From: an uncultured delta proteobacterium
Lineage (GTDB): Bacteria > Myxococcota_A > Polyangia > Fen-1088
DNA: 64,000 nt
Direction: 5' to 3'
NCBI GenBank assembly: GCA_963758155.1
Contig: CAVWUP010000019.1
Span: 6,720 to 70,719 of the forward strand
The position numbers were made by a program, and so were the translations under genes. Within the stretch, counting starts at the first letter, position 1; the number at the start of each line of letters is the position of its first letter. The notes below the pieces were generated by a model. It ran no database searches, had not been told where the DNA came from, and saw nothing but the letters and a program-made list of their open reading frames with translations. Shown here one piece after another: positions 1 to 7,914 of the stretch.

Positions 1-791
1 TGACCTTGTTCCTGGCTGGGGTCGTCGCGCTTTTCGTGGGACTGGCTGACGCCTTGATCGGGCAGACGCGGGCCTTGGTTGCCAGCTACGACGAACTCTT
101 GCAGACCTCGGTCAAGCAGGCTGACTTGGCTCGCGTCACGCAGGTCGACTTCAAGAAGCAGGTGCAAGAGTGGAAGGACGTCCTTTTGCGCGGCCACAAC
201 CCGGAAGACCTGGCGAAGTACACCAGGCAATTCCACGAAGCCGAGGCAAGGGTCAACGAGAATTCCCTCGCACTCAGCAAACAGCTGCAAGACCAGGCGG
301 CAATTCGGCTTCTGGCTGAATTCGTCGTGCGGCACGAAGCTTTGGGCAAGAAGTACCAGGAGGCCTACAGCACGTATGTAGGAAGCGGCTTCGATTTCAA
401 GGCGGCAGACAAGATCGTACGTGGCATGGATCGACCACCGACCAACCTGTTCGACCAGGTTGTGGCGCGGCTGGCAGCGCAAACCGAGCAGTCGGTGAAG
501 GCACAGCAGAAGGTCGCGGCGCACAAGCAGATCCTGGCCCTGGCGATTGCAGCGGGCGGCTTGCTGCTCCTCACCGTGGCCGGCCTGCTCGTGGTCCATA
601 ACGTGACGTCGCGCCTTGCTTGTCTCAAGCTGATCTCGGACCGGCTGGCGCAAGGTGAAATTGCTGGCTTGGCCATCGAAATCGGTGGCAACGACGAGGT
701 TAGCGAATTCGGCCAAAGCCTCAAGGGCGTCCAAGCCGAAATCGAGGAGCTAGCCACGGCGAAGGCGGGCTCCTCGACGATACCATCCTAG
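1..791 (+). CDS. HAMP-domain membrane sensor (periplasmic 4-helix-bundle sensor, two TM segments, C-terminal HAMP; no output domain); 5'-partial at window edge
   Basis: The frame is open from the window start. The N-terminal hydrophobic stretch FLAGVVALFVGLADALI is TM1. A helical periplasmic region follows, then a second TM (ILALAIAAGGLLLLTVAGLLVV) and a HAMP-like sequence (ISDRLAQGEIAGLAIEIGGNDEVSEFGQSLKGVQ). The stop is at 789-791 and overlaps the neighbouring gene end. Confidence 0.5.
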   Translation, partial: TLFLAGVVALFVGLADALIGQTRALVASYDELLQTSVKQADLARVTQVDFKKQVQEWKDVLLRGHNPEDLAKYTRQFHEAEARVNENSLALSKQLQDQAAIRLLAEFVVRHEALGKKYQEAYSTYVGSGFDFKAADKIVRGMDRPPTNLFDQVVARLAAQTEQSVKAQQKVAAHKQILALAIAAGGLLLLTVAGLLVVHNVTSRLACLKLISDRLAQGEIAGLAIEIGGNDEVSEFGQSLKGVQAEIEELATAKAGSSTIPS

Positions 792-2293
792 CCCCGTCCT
801 TCGCGCACGCGGCGCTGCAGCTCGACGGGATCGCGGGCAGCGGCCACCGCGACTTCGCGGCTGATGCGCCCGGCGCGCGCCAGATCGAGCAGCGAGGCAT
901 CCATGGCGACCATCCCGTCGTCGCGGCCGGTTTGGATCTGGGTGTTCAGCTGGTGGGTCTTGCCTTCGCGAATGAGCGCCCCGACCGCGTAGTTGACCAT
1001 GAGGATTTCCAGCGCGGGATAGCGTGTGCCGGGCAGCGCTCCTTCCAGCAGCTGCTGCGTGACCACCGCGCGCAGCGAGCCGGCCACCTGCTGCCGGATC
1101 TGCGCCTGCTGGTGCTCGGGAAAGATGTCCACGATGCGGTCGATGGCCATGGACGCGCTTCCACTGTGCAACGTCGACAGCACCAGGTGCCCGGTCTCGG
1201 CTGCGGTCAAGGCCAGGGCCACCGTCTCGCGGTCGCGCATTTCGCCCACCAAAATGATGTCAGGACACTCGCGCAAAGCCGCGCGCAGACCGGCGGCAAA
1301 GCTTTCCACATGGGTGCCGACCTCGCGCTGGTGAATCAGGCAGCGCCGGGGCTGGTGCACGAATTCGACGGGATCTTCCAGGGTGATGACGTGGCGGGCG
1401 CGGGTTCGGTTCACCAGTTCAACCATGGCGGCCAGAGTGGTCGACTTGCCCGACCCGGTGGTGCCCACCACCAGCACCATGCCGCCCGTCAGATTCCCCA
1501 GCGCGCCCACGCTGTCAGGCAGGTTCAGTTCGGCCAGTGTCGGGGCGTGGCGGTTCACCGGCCGCAGCGCCAGGGCCAGGCCGTGTGCCTGCCTGAATAC
1601 GTTGACCCTCATTCGTTGCGGCCCGGCCGCGTCCAGCGCTGGCGCTTCCCAGGCCAGATCCGCGCTGCCGCTTTGCTCAAGACAGCGGCGACGCGGCGGA
1701 TCGAGCAGCGAATCGACGAAGCCCTGGATTTCTTGCTGATCGATGGCCTCGCCCGAGGCGGCCAGGCCATCGGCTGTGCGGATCCACAGGGGCTGTCCTG
1801 CGGACACGATGATGTCGGACACGGTTTCGTCGACCGCGCGTGCGATCAAGCCGGCCAGGCGGGAGGACGTGGCTGCGACCGCCCCGGCGGGCGGACTGAC
1901 GGTTGGTGCAGTCACAGCCGCGACACTTGGGGCACGCGTGTCGGCTGGGCGCGGGCTGGCGACTGCGGGCGGCGCGGGCTTTGCCAAAACATTACCTGTG
2001 CGGCGCAGCTTCAGTGACAGCTTGTCAGCGTCCTTGCGCGCCTCCACGGCAAAGGCGCCGTGTCGTTCAGAGCGGTAGACTGTGTCGCACGCGCCCGAGG
2101 CGCGCAGCCGGTCAAGCTCTGCCGGGGCGAGCGCCTCGGCCGCGAAAGTCTCGAGTATTTGAGCGTCGAGCGGGGGCATGGTCAGACCGCGGCCCTGGGC
2201 GCCAACGAGCACCGGCGGCTCGCGCGCCCGCAACACGATCCCGGTGGCCTTCTGTGCGTCAATCAGGGCGAGCAGAGAATCGATGGCTGCCAT
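788..2293 (-). CDS. PilT/PilU-family type IV pilus retraction ATPase paralog with an extra (duplicated-looking) N-terminal domain and a Pro/Ala-rich linker
   Basis: Walker A motif GTTGSGKSTTLAAMVELVN followed by EDPVEF and the PilT-type motifs LRAALRECPDIILVGEMRD and HLVLSTLH. The protein is 501 aa versus about 345 aa for canonical PilT; the additional ~200 aa are N-terminal. Confidence 0.8.
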   Translation of the reverse strand: MAAIDSLLALIDAQKATGIVLRAREPPVLVGAQGRGLTMPPLDAQILETFAAEALAPAELDRLRASGACDTVYRSERHGAFAVEARKDADKLSLKLRRTGNVLAKPAPPAVASPRPADTRAPSVAAVTAPTVSPPAGAVAATSSRLAGLIARAVDETVSDIIVSAGQPLWIRTADGLAASGEAIDQQEIQGFVDSLLDPPRRRCLEQSGSADLAWEAPALDAAGPQRMRVNVFRQAHGLALALRPVNRHAPTLAELNLPDSVGALGNLTGGMVLVVGTTGSGKSTTLAAMVELVNRTRARHVITLEDPVEFVHQPRRCLIHQREVGTHVESFAAGLRAALRECPDIILVGEMRDRETVALALTAAETGHLVLSTLHSGSASMAIDRIVDIFPEHQQAQIRQQVAGSLRAVVTQQLLEGALPGTRYPALEILMVNYAVGALIREGKTHQLNTQIQTGRDDGMVAMDASLLDLARAGRISREVAVAAARDPVELQRRVREGRG

Positions 2294-2417
2294 GTCTCAA
2301 CAGCCTAGCAAGACTTGCGCCGGGACTCCCGATGCGATTGCTTGCTGTCGTCGGTTCGCGGTGGCGGTGACAGGGACCGACGCAGCGACTGTGGCCCGGG
2401 GGGTTCTACTAGTTTCG

Positions 2418-2447
2418 TTGACAGGATTCGCGGGCAGCCGGTAGAAA
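2418..2447 (+). promoter_or_regulatory. sigma70-like promoter candidate upstream of the small lipoprotein gene
   Basis: TTGACA (2418-2423), an 18-nt spacer, then TAGAAA (2442-2447), ~55 nt upstream of ATG 2506. Confidence 0.3.
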
Positions 2448-2505
2448 GGCGGCTTCGGTGGGTGGGAGCTTCCTACCCTCTGCCCTCTTCGACAAGGAGA
2501 TGACC

Positions 2506-2832
2506 ATGACTCGAACGATGGGGTTGCTTTCGCTGCTGGTTCTTGGTGGGGCACTTGCTGCCACGGGTTGCGAGGACAAAGTCTGCAAGGAGGCTCTCAG
2601 CAAGGCGACCACTGCCAAGGCCGAGATCCTGCAGTCGGCGGAGGCCCTGCACAATGAGGTCACCGATCTGAAGGCCAAGCTGGCCGCCACCGAAAAGAAT
2701 CTTGAGGCGGCAGAGAAAGCCGTGGACGAAGCCAAGGAGGCTGCGGCCAAGGCCGAGGAGAAGCAGCCGGCCAAGACCAAGGGCAAGAAAGCCAAGAAGG
2801 CCAAGAAGGCCAAGAAGGGCAAGCGGAAGTAG
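2506..2832 (+). CDS. small coiled-coil lipoprotein with a Lys-rich C-terminal tail (KKAKKAKKAKKGKRK)
   Basis: RBS AAGGAG lies 6 nt upstream of ATG 2506. Signal peptide MTRTMGLLSLLVLGGALAATGC has a lipobox (LAATGC). An Ala/Lys/Glu heptad-like sequence follows. Confidence 0.6.
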   Translation: MTRTMGLLSLLVLGGALAATGCEDKVCKEALSKATTAKAEILQSAEALHNEVTDLKAKLAATEKNLEAAEKAVDEAKEAAAKAEEKQPAKTKGKKAKKAKKAKKGKRK

Positions 2833-2897
2833 TCGATCACCCGAAGATTGCCATCTGACTACAATCACGATTTCGTCATCCTCTTGGCGGGATCGCT

Positions 2898-4376
2898 GTG
2901 CCAGGGCCCATGATTCCGCGCGAGCAGACTGCGGTTCGCAACATCGGCCTGCTGCTGATACTGCGGGGCCTGCTGGTCGCCGGCGGTGTGGTGGTCGCTG
3001 CGGTGGTTCCGCGTCTGATGGGGCCGACCGGCTACGGCCAGGTGGCGCTGTTGGTGGCCCTGAGTTTTTGGTTCACGCTGGCGGCCAGTCTGGGCTTCAC
3101 CCAGGTCATGGGCCGGCACCTGCCGGGATTCAGCCAGACCGGCGACGAGGATGGCCTGCGCAGCTTGTTTGGTCGCCTGCTGGCCATTCGCATCGGGGCC
3201 GGCTTCTTGGCGGCGGCGCTGTACTTCGTCGTCACTGTCACCTGGCTGCGGGATCTGGATGCAGTGGCCATGGCCATTTTGGCGGTGGCCGTGTTCGTGC
3301 GCGCGCCTGCGGGTTTGTATTTTTCTCTGCACCTCGGGCTCAATCAGGCGGCGCGCTGGGGCGTGGCCGATATCTTGCGCCAGTGGGGGACGCTGGCATT
3401 CATGCTGCCTGGGTATCTGCTGGCCGGGCTGCGAGGCGCTGCCCTGGGCGTATTGTTGGCCGAGCTGGTGGTGCTGCTGGTCGGTCACATCGGGGCGCGG
3501 CCCTATCTGCGCTGGGCGGCCTTTCGCCTCGATGTGCGCGGCATGGGTTCCTATTTGCGCTTCGGATTGATCTTCTACATCAGCGATTTGGTTCTTTCGG
3601 GATTCGAGCGCAGCGGCGAGGCGTTGGTGCGCGCCCGCTGTGGCGACTACGCGCAGGTGGGATTCTTTGGCGTGGCCTACTCGGTTTTTCTGGTAGGGGC
3701 CGTGGGGCTTCCACAGATCGCGCTGGCGTTTGCCCCGCTGCTGACCGTGCTGCGCCTGGAAGGCGACCAGGCCGCGCTGCGCTTGTGGATCGAGCGCTTG
3801 TTGAAATGGCTGGCCCTGGGCAGCGTGGTGGTGGTGCTGGCAGCCGTGCTGGTCGGCAAAGATCTCGTGCCCCTGGTGCTGGGCGGCGCTTATGGTCCAG
3901 TGGCCGCGAATCTGGTTCCACTGGCCATCGGGCTGGTGGCCCTGTCGCTCACCAGTGTGGCCAATTTGTCGGCGCTCACGCACGACCGGCCCGGGGTGGC
4001 CTTGACCGCTGCGGTGTTTCGGCTGGGGACATTCTGGGCGCTGGGCCTGTCGCTCGTCGGCCGCTGGGGAAGCTTGGGTGCAAGCCTGGCCGTGCTGGGC
4101 GCCTTGATTGCACAGTCCATCTTCTTCACCTGGCGCATGCGTCGGGTGGTGGGGTATTCGTTGCGCCGATGGGTCGGCGTGGTGGGGCTGGGGGCGATCT
4201 TTCTGCCTCTGGCTTTTCTGCGCTCGTCGCCCGCGATCGACGCAGCCTTGTTCGGCGCCTTCGTGGTGGGTTACGGCGGTCTGCTTTTCTTGCTTGGTTT
4301 GGTCACTCTCGGCGAGCTGGGTGTCATGTGGCGGGCGGTGACAGGGGCGCGCCCGCCGGCACTGAATAGCGGCTAA
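2898..4376 (+). CDS. polysaccharide biosynthesis/export flippase (MOP superfamily, Wzx-like)
   Basis: A 492-aa strongly hydrophobic polytopic protein with about 12-14 predicted TM segments. The overlapping 555-aa ORF in the other frame is Arg/Gly-rich nonsense. Confidence 0.7.
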   Translation: MPGPMIPREQTAVRNIGLLLILRGLLVAGGVVVAAVVPRLMGPTGYGQVALLVALSFWFTLAASLGFTQVMGRHLPGFSQTGDEDGLRSLFGRLLAIRIGAGFLAAALYFVVTVTWLRDLDAVAMAILAVAVFVRAPAGLYFSLHLGLNQAARWGVADILRQWGTLAFMLPGYLLAGLRGAALGVLLAELVVLLVGHIGARPYLRWAAFRLDVRGMGSYLRFGLIFYISDLVLSGFERSGEALVRARCGDYAQVGFFGVAYSVFLVGAVGLPQIALAFAPLLTVLRLEGDQAALRLWIERLLKWLALGSVVVVLAAVLVGKDLVPLVLGGAYGPVAANLVPLAIGLVALSLTSVANLSALTHDRPGVALTAAVFRLGTFWALGLSLVGRWGSLGASLAVLGALIAQSIFFTWRMRRVVGYSLRRWVGVVGLGAIFLPLAFLRSSPAIDAALFGAFVVGYGGLLFLLGLVTLGELGVMWRAVTGARPPALNSG

Positions 4377-5389
4377 TCCTTCTTGCGCAGAGACTTGCCT
4401 GGAAAGGCCGGCGTGATCGTGCGCAGGTCCACGCCCATGGCTTGCAGGACGGTGGGCGTGATGTCTCGTTGCTCGCCGGCTGAGGTCACCTGCGCATCGT
4501 TGCTGGCCAGGAAGATGTGGGTCGCCTTGCTGTGGTGGGTGGTTCCCACGTCGAAGCCATGGTCAGCGGTGATGTACACGGCGGTGCGGTCGTAGAGTCC
4601 GTCGGTCTTGAGTTGAGCCACGATTCGCCCCAGCCAGGTGTCGAGAGCCACCAGGGCGTCGTTGTATTCCTGCGAACCCTCGCCGTACTTGTGGCCGTTG
4701 ACGTCGGCATCGCCAAAGTGGAGGAACAGGAAGAAACGTCCCTTGGGGCCGAACTTGTCAATCATCGCCAGGGCTTTCTGCCCCACGCCGCGCGCGTCGC
4801 GGGGCATGTCGCCATCCCACGCCGTCAGCGTGCTCTTGGTCAGGTGAAAGGGCTGACCCAGCACGTTCTGTTCGCCAGCCAGACGCATCTTTTCCACCCG
4901 GCGCGTCTGCTTGTCCTCCTCATCGCTCGGCTGGTTCGGGCTGGCCGCCTCTGCCTCGGCGGGAATTTTGGGTCCGCCGGGGCCGAGACCCATGGCCTTG
5001 CCGGTCACCATGATGGTGGCAATGTCTTTCTTGCCGAAGGCTTGCTGTAACCGCTCGAAGATGGAAAGGCCGAGCGGGATGGGACGAAAGATCGCGTTGG
5101 AAACCACCCCCGTGACGCTGGGATCGTAACCGGTCAGCATCTGCGCGTGGCCGGCCCTGGTGTCGGTGACGTGGTCCGACACCTCGATGTCCACCATCCC
5201 GCCTTCCTTGATCAGCTGCGCCAGGTTGGGCATCTGGTTGCGCTTCAGGCAGTCGTTGACGTGCTCGCGCAAGGCCCCATCCCACGAGATGAGAATGGCG
5301 CTGCGCTGCCGCGGCGGCGTCGACGGTTTGAACGCGGCCGCGCTGAAAAGCAGGAGGAGCGCGACCAGGAGACGGGGGCGGGCGAGCAT
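4373..5389 (-). CDS. secreted alkaline-phosphatase-superfamily enzyme (type I phosphodiesterase/nucleotide pyrophosphatase-like)
   Basis: Signal peptide MLARPRLLVALLLLFSAAAF. Motifs ILISWDGALREH (NPP-type metal site), TDTRAGHAQMLTG and ITADHGFD. The stop overlaps the flippase stop region (convergent genes). Confidence 0.7.
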   Translation of the reverse strand: MLARPRLLVALLLLFSAAAFKPSTPPRQRSAILISWDGALREHVNDCLKRNQMPNLAQLIKEGGMVDIEVSDHVTDTRAGHAQMLTGYDPSVTGVVSNAIFRPIPLGLSIFERLQQAFGKKDIATIMVTGKAMGLGPGGPKIPAEAEAASPNQPSDEEDKQTRRVEKMRLAGEQNVLGQPFHLTKSTLTAWDGDMPRDARGVGQKALAMIDKFGPKGRFFLFLHFGDADVNGHKYGEGSQEYNDALVALDTWLGRIVAQLKTDGLYDRTAVYITADHGFDVGTTHHSKATHIFLASNDAQVTSAGEQRDITPTVLQAMGVDLRTITPAFPGKSLRKKD

Positions 5390-5459
5390 CGTAGGGATCT
5401 TTTAGCACCGAAACGCTCATGACTTGCACTCGCACTTTGCCAGGCGCTATCGTTTGTCC

Positions 5460-5990
5460 ATGACAACCACGCGAATGACATGGACCCTGGCCGTTGCAAT
5501 ATTGATGATCGCTCCGTCGGCCCTGGCGCTGGACATGGGCAGCCTGACCAAGAAAGCCGCGGGCGGCGCGGCCACAGCGGCGCGCGACAAAGCCGCCAAG
5601 GAAGTGAATGCCAAGCTCCTGGCCGAGGGGCGCAAGAACCAGTGCAGCTTCAAGACCGACAGCGACGAGCTGGCTGCCGGCTGTGACAAGAAACTCAAGA
5701 AACTGGCCGATGCGCTGGTCGAGGCCAAGAAGCGGCTGAGCGTGGCGGGCGTGACCAGTTTCAAATTCGAGGTTTCCGGACACACCGATTCAAGCGGCAA
5801 GGCCGAGCACAACAAGGAACTGTCGGGCAAGCGCGCCGCCGTGATCGAGCGCGAATTGGTGGCGCGCGGGATCGCCAAGAGCGAGATCGTGGCCATTGGC
5901 ATGGGCTCGGAACGCCCGCTGGTCACGCCCGACAACACGCCAGCCAAGAAGGCGAAGAACCGTCGCTACGAGATCCAGGTGCGTTTCTAG
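5460..5990 (+). CDS. OmpA-family (OmpA/MotB C-terminal domain) peptidoglycan-associated protein
   Basis: N-terminal signal TWTLAVAILMIAPSALA. The C-terminal OmpA-like region is FEVSGHTDSSGKAEHNKELSGKRAAVIERELVARGI...NRRYEIQV. Confidence 0.75.
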   Translation: MTTTRMTWTLAVAILMIAPSALALDMGSLTKKAAGGAATAARDKAAKEVNAKLLAEGRKNQCSFKTDSDELAAGCDKKLKKLADALVEAKKRLSVAGVTSFKFEVSGHTDSSGKAEHNKELSGKRAAVIERELVARGIAKSEIVAIGMGSERPLVTPDNTPAKKAKNRRYEIQVRF

Positions 5991-7801
5991 TTAGTTTTGG
6001 GCTCAGTCAAGCACTCTGCTACCAGAAACGCACCGGGGTGCGCCACCGTTCCGGACGCCGGCAAGTAGGAAATCCGTTGGCCGTTGTATGAGCGCGCGCA
6101 CCCCAGAGCGGTGTTGTCGTACGAGAAATACCAGCAGGGTCGCAAGTCTTCAGGCACAGTCGAGAGATCGGGACTGGCGGGGTCGAGCACGTTCCCTTGG
6201 CTGTCTCTGCACTCTGGGCGGCCACTCTCCACCCAGCCCGTGTCCAGACAGCCGTTTGTACCCACGGCCGTGCACGGACTTCTGTAGACAACCTGGCATT
6301 CGGGTTGGACCCCGGGCGCGTTGGGGTCAGTGTCGATCAACGGGGCATTGATGCAGCCGCCACCAAACACGTCGTCGTTCCAAAGATAGCCAACCTGGAT
6401 CATCGCATTGGTGAAATCGGAGTTGCAGATGCTGAACAATTGCCCCAGGCTGCCAAAGGAGCCGATGAACTTGCTTAGGCGCAGGCCGCCGTAGGCTTTG
6501 TAGATGTTGCCATCAGCAGATCTCTGGTTGGGATCCCAGCATACTGGCATGTAGTCCCACAAATCCTGCTGCGAAGCCGGAAGCGAGGTGGCGTCCTTGC
6601 CAATCTGGTATTGATTGCTGGTTTGAAGCGTGGCCGGCAAATTCGTGTCGACGGTCGGATCCGGGGGCCAGCCGATGACTCCCGACACGATGATCGGGGG
6701 CGAAGCAGGCCCCTTGACCTGGTTGACGCTGTCGATCATCTCCTGAACGTCGATGAGCGGCATGTAGGTGTAGTCAGGGTTGTTGGGATCAAGCTGCTCC
6801 TTGGCTGTGCAGTCGGAGAAGTCGTGGGTGAACCCTGAACCTGTGTATCCCACTGCCGGGTCGTAGTCAGGAATGGGCTGACCGCCACAGAGATGGCCGC
6901 GAGCCGCGCATCGCAGGGTAATGGTGTCGCCCGGATCAAGCTTGGTCACCAAATTGAACATGTCATCGTTCTTCTTGTTGTCGTTGCTGGCCGAGCAGTC
7001 GTCCTGGTCGGTGACGAGAACTATGAAGAGATAGGCGTCCCGACGCACAAAGCCTTGGTTTGCATCGTTGATGCCGGGCTGGGGAATGAGGGCAACGCGA
7101 GTCGCTTGCAATAGGTGCTGTTCTTCGCAGCCTTTGCTTCCAACGGCCGTGGCGAGGCAAGTGAACACATCCTCAAGAGATCGGCCGGAGTAGTTCCGTT
7201 GTCGGCTATCTGTCCCGTCAGGGCTTGCGATATCCTCGATCCAGCGCGCGCCTGGCGCCAGGCCGCAGCCGTCGGCGATCGGGTTATTCGGATCTGTCGC
7301 GGCAATACTTCCCGCCGCAACCGAGGCAGTCAGATCGTTGGGATCGTTTCCCCAAAGAAGGCCTCTGTCGCCCAGCCCATCGCCGCAACGGCCGCCCAGA
7401 GCGCCCATACCGGCCCCCATGTTGCTGCTGACCACGCCGACGTGCACCTCGGGCAAGCCGGCAGGAAGCCTTTCCAGCGAGGCGATCATCTTGCGAAAGT
7501 TTTGAGCCAGGAGAGTCTGTTTGGGCGCCATGGACGGCGAATTGCCGATCACGAACAGGATGTCGACTTGGCGCTCGGGTCCGCCAACCAGGACAGTGAC
7601 GTCGGTTTGTGCTCCGTCGTGCGGCCCGGGCCAATCCGGCGCGCGGGACGTGCAGGTGCAAAGAACCAAGGCAAGAACGGAGGCCAATCGCTCGCGCAAG
7701 TGTTGGCAATGGCTATGGGAAAAGAACCGTGAAGTGAGACGCGCCACGAAGACCCTCCGTGCAGCCCACAGCAAGACGCGTGCCGCGAAGAAGTCCAGCA
7801 T
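5987..7801 (-). CDS. secreted Cys-containing protein with a vWA-like (MIDAS-like) N-terminal domain; start codon uncertain
   Basis: The beta-strand plus DxSxS-like motif VDILFVIGNSPSM, followed by helical segments, is typical of von Willebrand A folds. It sits downstream of the Kelch gene on the same strand. ATG 7801 has no RBS at proper spacing; GTG 7747 is preceded by GGAGGG at 5 nt and is an alternative start. Confidence 0.45.
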   Translation of the reverse strand: MLDFFAARVLLWAARRVFVARLTSRFFSHSHCQHLRERLASVLALVLCTCTSRAPDWPGPHDGAQTDVTVLVGGPERQVDILFVIGNSPSMAPKQTLLAQNFRKMIASLERLPAGLPEVHVGVVSSNMGAGMGALGGRCGDGLGDRGLLWGNDPNDLTASVAAGSIAATDPNNPIADGCGLAPGARWIEDIASPDGTDSRQRNYSGRSLEDVFTCLATAVGSKGCEEQHLLQATRVALIPQPGINDANQGFVRRDAYLFIVLVTDQDDCSASNDNKKNDDMFNLVTKLDPGDTITLRCAARGHLCGGQPIPDYDPAVGYTGSGFTHDFSDCTAKEQLDPNNPDYTYMPLIDVQEMIDSVNQVKGPASPPIIVSGVIGWPPDPTVDTNLPATLQTSNQYQIGKDATSLPASQQDLWDYMPVCWDPNQRSADGNIYKAYGGLRLSKFIGSFGSLGQLFSICNSDFTNAMIQVGYLWNDDVFGGGCINAPLIDTDPNAPGVQPECQVVYRSPCTAVGTNGCLDTGWVESGRPECRDSQGNVLDPASPDLSTVPEDLRPCWYFSYDNTALGCARSYNGQRISYLPASGTVAHPGAFLVAECLTEPKTN

Positions 7802-7914
7802 TCATCGCCACAAGTCCTCCTTCCCGCCAACATGGGTGGCATCTTGGCCAACTTGGTATCGCAACCGGGCCTGTATAGTTTCCATGGCCCCCAGCGGGTT
7901 CGGCGCTACCGCCG

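Noticed and set aside
932-2017. 361-aa antisense ORF inside the PilT-like gene; similar long antisense or out-of-frame ORFs at 20974-22212, 24435-25853, 26604-27713, 2865-3983, 34042-34845, 52917-54527 and 55875-57524
   Set aside because: All lie opposite or out of frame relative to genes with clear family motifs. They have Arg/Gly/His- or Pro-rich composition and no motifs. These are expected GC-rich shadow ORFs.
2702-4369. 555-aa ORF overlapping the flippase gene in another frame
   Set aside because: Its translation is Arg/Gly/Pro-rich low-complexity sequence typical of out-of-frame translation of 70% GC DNA. The co-located frame encodes a coherent polytopic membrane protein.
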